DNA of 64,000 nucleotides from an uncultured Parachlamydiaceae bacterium (GTDB lineage Bacteria; Chlamydiota; Chlamydiia; Chlamydiales; Parachlamydiaceae): NCBI GenBank assembly GCA_963752155.1, contig CAVVXH010000015.1, positions 1 to 64,000 of the forward strand, read 5' to 3'. Shown piece by piece: positions 57,642 to 64,000 of this stretch (position 1 is its first letter; each line of letters starts with the position of its first letter). The notes under the pieces were generated by a model. It saw only the letters and a program-made list of their open reading frames with translations, ran no database searches and was not told where the DNA came from. The position numbers and the translations under genes were made by a program.

Positions 57642-58117
57642 TGCTTACTGAACAAACCCGCCAATCTATTTTAAAACTTCAACAGAGCTATCCTGTTAGG
57701 CGCTCTGCGTTGATCCCTGCCTTGCACTTGGCTCAGAATGAAATTGGCTATCTTCCTATCGAAGTGCAAGAAGAAGTGGCGACCCTATTTGATCTCAATG
57801 TCAATGAGGTCCATAGCGTTGTCACCTTCTATGACATGTTTTTCGAAAAACCGATGGGGAAACATCTCATTCATGTGTGCAAAAATGCCTCTTGCATGTT
57901 ACGGGGATCAGATGAACTTTTAAACACTCTTTGCAAAAAACTAAACATCTCACCCGGGGAAACTTCTGCCGACGGAGAATACACCATCATCCCCTGCGAA
58001 TGTATGGCCGCATGCGATAGGGCACCCATGATGTTAGTCGACGAAACAGTTGTGGGTCCTGTCCTTATCAATGAGATCGATCAGGTGCTGGCAAAAGCAA
58101 GCAAAGGAGAAAACTGA
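57641..58117 (+). CDS. nuoE: NADH-quinone oxidoreductase subunit E
   Basis: TFYDMF, CxxxxC...CxxxC 2Fe-2S motif. Confidence 0.96.
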   Translation: MLTEQTRQSILKLQQSYPVRRSALIPALHLAQNEIGYLPIEVQEEVATLFDLNVNEVHSVVTFYDMFFEKPMGKHLIHVCKNASCMLRGSDELLNTLCKKLNISPGETSADGEYTIIPCECMAACDRAPMMLVDETVVGPVLINEIDQVLAKASKGEN

Positions 58118-59415
58118 TGCCGGAAATGAAGGTATTAACAAAGTTCATTCACACCCCGGATCAGTGTAAGATCGAAACGTACCGCCAAAATGGGGGCTAT
58201 GAGGCTGTCCGAAAGGCTATCCCTCATATTTCTCCTCCAACCCTCATTGAAATGGTCATAGCCACAGACTTGCGTGGACGTGGAGGAGCGGGGTTTCCCA
58301 CAGGCAAAAAATGGAGCTTTATTCCAAAAGATCCTCAACTAACCAAGTACTTAGTCTGCAATTGCGACGAAAGTGAACCTGGCACTTTTAAAGATCGCTA
58401 CCTCATAGAACATGATCCACATCAGCTCATCGAAGGTGTCATTCTGTCGAGTTATGCCATCGGAGCAAATATCGCTTTTATTTATTGCAGAGGCGAATTT
58501 TTCGAAGGAATAAGAAAACTAAACAAGGCTATCGAAGAGGCCACTCAAGCAGGATTTTTGGGTGAAAAGATTCTGGGATCAGATTTTTCCCTGAAAATCA
58601 TCGTCCATCCTGGTGCCGGAGCTTACATTGCCGGAGAAGAAACTGCCCTTCTTAACTCACTTGAAGGATATCGTGCGACTCCTCGCTTAAAACCCCCCTT
58701 TCCTGCCATCCAAGGTCTTTATAACAAGCCGACAATTATCAATAACGTCGAAACCTTGGCCAACGTCGTGCATATTGTCAACAGGGGTGTCGAGTGGTTT
58801 CAAGGCATTGGAAAACCACAAAATCGTGGTACGAAGATATTTCAAGTCAGCGGTCAAGTTCAACGTCCTGGATGTTTTGAATTTCCTCTTGGTGTACCTT
58901 TACGAGAAGTTCTGGAAGCTGCTGGAGGCTTTTTCCCTGGACGTCAGTTCAAAGCATGCTATCCCGGAGGCTCCTCCTGTTCTTTATTGACAGCCAATGA
59001 TATCGATATCAGCATGGACTTTGAAACTCTCACAGCCAGAAATAGCGCTCTTGGAACAGCGTCAATTATCGTCATGGATGACTCAGCCGATATGGTTAGA
59101 GTGGCGACTCGATTAATGGAATTTTATCAGAATGAATCGTGCGGTAAATGCACTCCTTGCCGAGAAGGAACACGCTGGGTTGTCCAAATGCTTCAACGCA
59201 TTGAGAATTCCGGTGGAACATTTTCTGATCTCAAGACGATTGAAGATGTTTGTGCAGGGATGGCTGCTAATTCCTTCTGTCCTTTAGCAGTGGGTGCTGC
59301 TCCACCCATTGTCAGTGCCCTAAAGGAATTTAGAAGCGAATTTGAAGCATATATTCTCAAAAATCCACATGCTGAAGAGAAACCCAAAATGCCAATTGCT
59401 TATCCTTACCTATAG
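58117..59415 (+). CDS. nuoF: NADH-quinone oxidoreductase subunit F
   Basis: LRGRGGAGFPTG, DESEPGTFKDR, GEETAL, ESCGKCTPCREG. Confidence 0.97.
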   Translation: MPEMKVLTKFIHTPDQCKIETYRQNGGYEAVRKAIPHISPPTLIEMVIATDLRGRGGAGFPTGKKWSFIPKDPQLTKYLVCNCDESEPGTFKDRYLIEHDPHQLIEGVILSSYAIGANIAFIYCRGEFFEGIRKLNKAIEEATQAGFLGEKILGSDFSLKIIVHPGAGAYIAGEETALLNSLEGYRATPRLKPPFPAIQGLYNKPTIINNVETLANVVHIVNRGVEWFQGIGKPQNRGTKIFQVSGQVQRPGCFEFPLGVPLREVLEAAGGFFPGRQFKACYPGGSSCSLLTANDIDISMDFETLTARNSALGTASIIVMDDSADMVRVATRLMEFYQNESCGKCTPCREGTRWVVQMLQRIENSGGTFSDLKTIEDVCAGMAANSFCPLAVGAAPPIVSALKEFRSEFEAYILKNPHAEEKPKMPIAYPYL

Positions 59416-59425
59416 GAGCCAGACG

Positions 59426-61726
59426 ATGATCAACCTGACAATTGATGGACAAAAAATTTCAGTTCCAAAGGGTACCACGGTCTATGCGGCAGCGCGACAA
59501 TTAGGCCTCGATATCCCCATCTTCTGCTATCACGACCGCATGCCGCCATTCGGCGCTTGCCGTGTATGTCTAGTAGAAGTGGAGAAAATGGGCAAATTGC
59601 AAACATCTTGCACTCTTCAGGCGACTGAAGGAATGGTCGTCAACACCCAAAGCGCTCTTGCTGCTAAAGGTCGAGAAGAAATTTTGGAGTTTTTACTAAT
59701 CAACCATCCCCTCGATTGCCCGATTTGTGATAAAGGAGGAGAATGTCCTTTACAAGATCAAACAATCAAATTTGGGCCCGGAAAAAGTCGATTCTATGAA
59801 GAAAAAAGACACTTTAAAAAGCCAATTTCTTTAGGACCTGTATTGATGCTCGATAGAGAACGTTGCATCGTGTGTGCTCGTTGCACTCGCTTTAGCGACA
59901 TTGTGTCAGGTGATCACGCTCTGGAATTAAAGGATAGGGGTTTTAAGTCAGAAGTGGGCTCTCCTGAAAATGGTCCTATTGAATCAAAATTTATAGGAAA
60001 TACAATTAAAATTTGTCCAGTCGGAGCTCTCACCAGCAAAACATACCGGTTCCAAGCCCGTCCTTGGGATAACGCTGCGACCCCCTCAACCTGCTCACTC
60101 TGCCCTGTTGGCTGTAGCATGGCCCTCGATGAACGAGATGGTGAAATTGTACGCACCCGTTCCATTGAAAATCCGAAAACCAACGATGTCTGGCTCTGCG
60201 ATAAGGGCTGGTTTGGCTATGAATTTGCTTCTCATCCTGATAGACTAAAAACTCCTTTAATGCGAAAAAATGGAAAACTTAGCGAAGCCACCTGGGAAGA
60301 GGCCATCGCTTCCATTGCTTCACACATTAAAGCGAGTCAAAAAGAGGGAAAACTTGCTGCTTTAGGAGGCAACCCCCTAACCATTGAAGAAAATTACTTA
60401 TATCAACAACTCGTGCGCAAAGGGTTTAAAACTCCACATCTCGATAGTCGCGTTGGGACACCTTTACTCGGTTTAGATCAAGAAGGATTACCCCCTGGAA
60501 TGAAGATTCAAGGAAGCGATTTCAAAGAGCTCTCTTTTGCACTTCTTTTAGGCCTTGATATCACCGAAGAATTTCCGGTTTTATGGCTCAGACTAAAAGA
60601 GGCCATCAATCAAGGAACCCAAACTCTTTTCATGGGGCATTATGCACCGGAAGTTGCATCTCATTTAAATGAAATTATCTTACACACTCCTGGGGATGAA
60701 CTTCATCAATTGCGACAGCACTTCACAAAAATTTCACAGCTGACTGAAAAAGGGAAATGTGCAATTTTTATTGGCAGACAATATTTGGCATCACCTGAGC
60801 GTAGAGCCATTCTATCTGAACTATTTAAACTTAATAAAGATCACTTAACGATCAACATCATGGAAGGTCGCGGAAATAGCCTCGGAGCTAGATTTGCCGG
60901 AATGCATCCTGAATTAGGACCTGGTAATGAGCGATTAACCTCCAAAGGCTTTAATACTCTCGAAATCCTTCAAGCTGCTGCTGAAGGTGGATGGGATTAC
61001 CTACATGTTGCTGGAGCAAACCCTGCAGCTAAATTACCTAAGACTCTATGGACTAAAGCACGTAAATCAATAAAATTTTTAGTGGTTCAAGACCTCTTCC
61101 TCACTGAAACGGCCAAAGAAGCGGACATTGTATTGCCTACAACTTGCTTCTTTGAAAAAGATGGGCACATCCTGAATATTTCCGGGAACTTCGAGCGGTT
61201 GCATCCTGGAACCACACCCTTAAATGAGGTTTATAGCGATGGTGTACTATTTGAAAAAATAGCTGAAGCTCTTGGCTTACTCCTTTCTATCGACGGGAAC
61301 TTTAGTGACGCAATAGCAGGAAGCGACAACAGAGCTCTCTTCGCGCAAAATGAATTGACTGAGAGCCCGGCAGGAAACGGATCTCTCCAACAAAAAAATA
61401 TCCCTGAAGGAGCCCTAGCAGCCACATTTACACAACCTCTTTTTGACAGAGGCGTACGTATGCTTCACAACACAAGGCTACGCCATCTGGCAAAAGATCC
61501 TAAGGTTCAAATACATCCTGACGAAGGACACAAATTAGGAATCCAATCCGGCGATGCCGTTAACCTAAGCTACAACGATTCAGCTATTGAGGCAATTGTA
61601 AATTTGGATCCTCGGATTGCCAAGGGGACAATTCTGTTACCAATGGGTTTTGAAGAATTAAATGCCAGCGCTCTCAGTCCCTTTTTAATGAATGGAATAC
61701 CAGTTGTTATTAATAAAATAAAATAA
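59426..61726 (+). CDS. nuoG: NADH-quinone oxidoreductase subunit G
   Basis: IPIFCYH, GACRVCLVE, NHPLDCPICDKGGEC, CSLCPVGC; start placed at ATG 59426 after AGGAG. Confidence 0.96.
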   Translation: MINLTIDGQKISVPKGTTVYAAARQLGLDIPIFCYHDRMPPFGACRVCLVEVEKMGKLQTSCTLQATEGMVVNTQSALAAKGREEILEFLLINHPLDCPICDKGGECPLQDQTIKFGPGKSRFYEEKRHFKKPISLGPVLMLDRERCIVCARCTRFSDIVSGDHALELKDRGFKSEVGSPENGPIESKFIGNTIKICPVGALTSKTYRFQARPWDNAATPSTCSLCPVGCSMALDERDGEIVRTRSIENPKTNDVWLCDKGWFGYEFASHPDRLKTPLMRKNGKLSEATWEEAIASIASHIKASQKEGKLAALGGNPLTIEENYLYQQLVRKGFKTPHLDSRVGTPLLGLDQEGLPPGMKIQGSDFKELSFALLLGLDITEEFPVLWLRLKEAINQGTQTLFMGHYAPEVASHLNEIILHTPGDELHQLRQHFTKISQLTEKGKCAIFIGRQYLASPERRAILSELFKLNKDHLTINIMEGRGNSLGARFAGMHPELGPGNERLTSKGFNTLEILQAAAEGGWDYLHVAGANPAAKLPKTLWTKARKSIKFLVVQDLFLTETAKEADIVLPTTCFFEKDGHILNISGNFERLHPGTTPLNEVYSDGVLFEKIAEALGLLLSIDGNFSDAIAGSDNRALFAQNELTESPAGNGSLQQKNIPEGALAATFTQPLFDRGVRMLHNTRLRHLAKDPKVQIHPDEGHKLGIQSGDAVNLSYNDSAIEAIVNLDPRIAKGTILLPMGFEELNASALSPFLMNGIPVVINKIK

Positions 61727-61736
61727 GGAGCTCTAT

Positions 61737-62171
61737 ATGTCAAATACATGGATAGCAGTCGCTAATAGTGCAATGGCAAGAATATTTTTAATCGAAAAAA
61801 ATGGCAATGTATTGGAGATTGAGACTCTTGTACATCCACAAAGCCGTCTACACGGGCGAGATTTAACGTCAGAAAGGCCTGGTAGGATGCAAGATAGCAT
61901 AGGATCTTCTCGCCATGCGATGGAACAAGCGACTTCTCCCAAAGAAGTGGAATATGAGATATTTGCAAAAAATGTAGCGACATATCTTCATACAGCCCAC
62001 CAAGAGAACAAATTTAACCGGCTTTATCTAGCAGCGAGCCCTCATTTTCTTGGCCTTTTGCGTCAAGAAATTTTGCCTGCAGTGACTTTAACGATACAAA
62101 GTGAACTCGATAAAGATATTACCCACATGAGTCCTAGTGAGATTAAGAGCAGTTTTTTAGCGCATAGATAA
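61737..62171 (+). CDS. Host-attachment-protein family (release factor-like baeRF fold)
   Basis: TWIAVANSAMARIF, DLTSERPGR, LYLAASPHFLGLLR, KDITH. Confidence 0.85.
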   Translation: MSNTWIAVANSAMARIFLIEKNGNVLEIETLVHPQSRLHGRDLTSERPGRMQDSIGSSRHAMEQATSPKEVEYEIFAKNVATYLHTAHQENKFNRLYLAASPHFLGLLRQEILPAVTLTIQSELDKDITHMSPSEIKSSFLAHR

Positions 62172-62256
62172 CCCAACTTTCCGGATCCAAAATATGTAAC
62201 TTCTAATTAAGTATGCACCCCTGATTATAACATCCAAATACTTTTTGGAGTGCTGT

Positions 62257-62483
62257 GGCTTTGCCACAGCGCGTGAAGAAGGTTTAATCATAAAGTATGC
62301 AATTAAAAATTATAGGATGCTGTCTCGCTTTATGACAGGCCTCCTACTCGTAGCTTCATTCAGACCTTAAATGTATGTCAGGAACGGATTTGTAAAACAA
62401 AAAAACCTTTGCCAACCGAAAGGGATTTTTTTTTAAATTGCATACTTTATGATTAAACCTTCTTCACGCGATGTGGCAGAGCC
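62257..62483. repeat. Inverted repeat with ~50-bp arms (family shared with 43434-43705)
   Basis: ggctttgccacagcgcgtgaagaaggtttaatcataaagtatgcaatt ... aattgcatactttatgattaaaccttcttcacgcgatgtggcagagcc. Confidence 0.85.
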
Positions 62484-62680
62484 CATCCTATTACCCATAA
62501 GTCGTATTTTTGCCTTTTAGTGCATATTTGAGTGAAAAAAAATCTTCAATAAGTTTTAGCTAATAGAAAATTTACTGGAGATTGGCTATGAGCTGGGTTT
62601 TTGGGTAAAGTAATGTATAAAGTTGTCCATATATATCAAGAACAACGAAGTACTAAAACAGAAAAGTTTAATTTTTTTTT

Positions 62681-62981
62681 AACGCAAAGCGAGACAGTTG
62701 CCTGCGGCGCCCCCTATCGAGAAATAACAGATTTTTAAAGCGCCTTGCCATTGGTGCCTGACCTGATATTCTGACATTTGCCTACAATGATAACGTAACC
62801 TCCCAGGAGGGCAAATGTCAGAATGTCAGGTCTGGAACCAAGGCTAAACGTTACCTCTCAGAATTTAGTATCTTGTTATTAATTGAAAACGACGCTTTTT
62901 TCAGTTGCGTAAATCTTGGGGGCTTTAAAAATTTGTTATTCCCCGATAGGGACACCGCAAGCAACTGTCTAGCTTTGTGTT
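62681..62981. repeat. Composite element: ~60-bp outer IR pair enclosing the left ~60% of the 296-bp element (62740-62922)
   Basis: aacgcaaagcgagacagttgcc...atttttaaag / ctttaaaaat...gcaactgtctagctttgtgtt; the interior matches 36369-36552. Confidence 0.85.
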
Positions 62982-63168
62982 TTTTCCTATTGTTGCCTAA
63001 ATTTGTGATCCAACCCTTGATAATCTTCTAGGAAGCGGTTTGGAAGTAAATTTAAAGAGAAAATTTTTTTTGTTGTAAATTTTACCATTCCCTCTTAAGA
63101 TCTCGTTTATGGCTTTCATTAAGACGTGGAGTCGGTTCAAATCAACTTTAAAAAAAGGGGTGTATATT

Positions 63169-63606
63169 ATGCAAACAGAGGCAAAAGGAATAGAAACACA
63201 GACATACTGGCAAGCCATCTATGATGTTCCAGGCAAATTATCGGTTTGTTATAAAACGATCACGAAAGAAGGTGAACCACAAAAAGTGTTTCTGGCTGGA
63301 ACAAGAAGTGTCATAGGAATAGCTTCAGTTTATTTGGCCCCTGGAGCAGCTATTGCAGGTGCAAGTATAGGAGTCACAATGCCTACAGCCACTCGTTACT
63401 ACTGTGAGTTAGCTGATGGCGCTTTGACAGGTGTATGGAACAGAATGAGCTTAGAAGCAAAGTTGGTTGCAGCCACGTGTGGTATTGGGTGTCTGGCTTG
63501 GGGCGTAAACTTATCTGTGCTGACGATCCCTTGCGCAATTTTTTCATCCAAGATTGGCGCAGAGCTTGGTGTACAGAACTATTCAAAGCAGCTACAAGAT
63601 AAATAG
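63169..63606 (+). CDS. Hypothetical membrane protein
   Basis: AAGGGG RBS before ATG 63169; two hydrophobic Gly/Ala-rich hairpins. Confidence 0.65.
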   Translation: MQTEAKGIETQTYWQAIYDVPGKLSVCYKTITKEGEPQKVFLAGTRSVIGIASVYLAPGAAIAGASIGVTMPTATRYYCELADGALTGVWNRMSLEAKLVAATCGIGCLAWGVNLSVLTIPCAIFSSKIGAELGVQNYSKQLQDK

Positions 63607-63695
63607 AAAATAAAACAGGCCAATTTCTTAGTTCATGTACGTGAGCTCTTCATTGAATTTACAAATTTGCTGGCTTAAATCAACCAGAAAATGGA

Positions 63696-63744
63696 GTAAC
63701 TATTCACGTCCCTATTTGCAGCAAATGGGGACGTGAATAGTTAC
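63696..63744. repeat. REP-like hairpin (24-bp stem), possibly acting as a terminator
   Basis: gtaactattcacgtccctatttgc-a-gcaaatggggacgtgaatagttac. Confidence 0.75.
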
Positions 63745-64000
63745 AGTATTTCTAAAGCACGAACAGAATCCTCAGTCACAGGATTGTTAAAAAAATTAGA
63801 TATTGCATCTGCTTGCAGATTCCACCTACTCGTCCAAACTTCATTAAGTCTAGAACTATATTTTTAATTACCTTGTCGAAAATCTCTGATCATAGAGATA
63901 AGATGCCCCGCATACGAAAAACAAAAAAAATACTACTAAGCCCCCGACTTTTATTATAGTCGCATTCATTGCTAAATTACTTTTTATATGAGCTTTTGTT

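Noticed and set aside
1..64000. tRNA, rRNA or known riboswitch genes
   Set aside because: None recognised by eye in the intergenic regions; a covariance-model search would be needed to exclude them.

Overview
This is an AT-rich bacterial chromosome segment, very probably from an environmental chlamydia (Parachlamydiales-like). The assignment rests on chlamydial gene blocks (plsX-rpmF-yceD / rng / plastid-type GPAT; ptsN-ptsN-dut-accD / sod; metallophosphoesterase-glgC) plus prs and nuoA-G. The first ~19.6 kb is a head-to-tail array of at least 8 paralogous large P-loop GTPase genes, about 930-940 aa when complete. They share a conserved G-domain/coiled-coil/hydrophobic-hairpin core and carry hypervariable N- and C-terminal patches. 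The array includes a truncated copy, a stand-alone C-terminal cassette, a chimeric copy with a different effector-like N-terminus, and interspersed relics of a secreted Gly/Tyr-rich gene. A HEPN/MNT toxin-antitoxin pair follows it. This array is the best candidate for an undescribed system. The rest is housekeeping genes interrupted by orphan effector-like genes (LRR protein, membrane-anchored ClpB-like AAA+, DUF648-like protein, 1294-aa protein), decayed toxin-antitoxin remnants, and several families of palindromic, partly nested intergenic repeats. No rRNA, tRNA, CRISPR array or intact transposase was recognised. All family assignments come from motif reading by eye, with no database searches.
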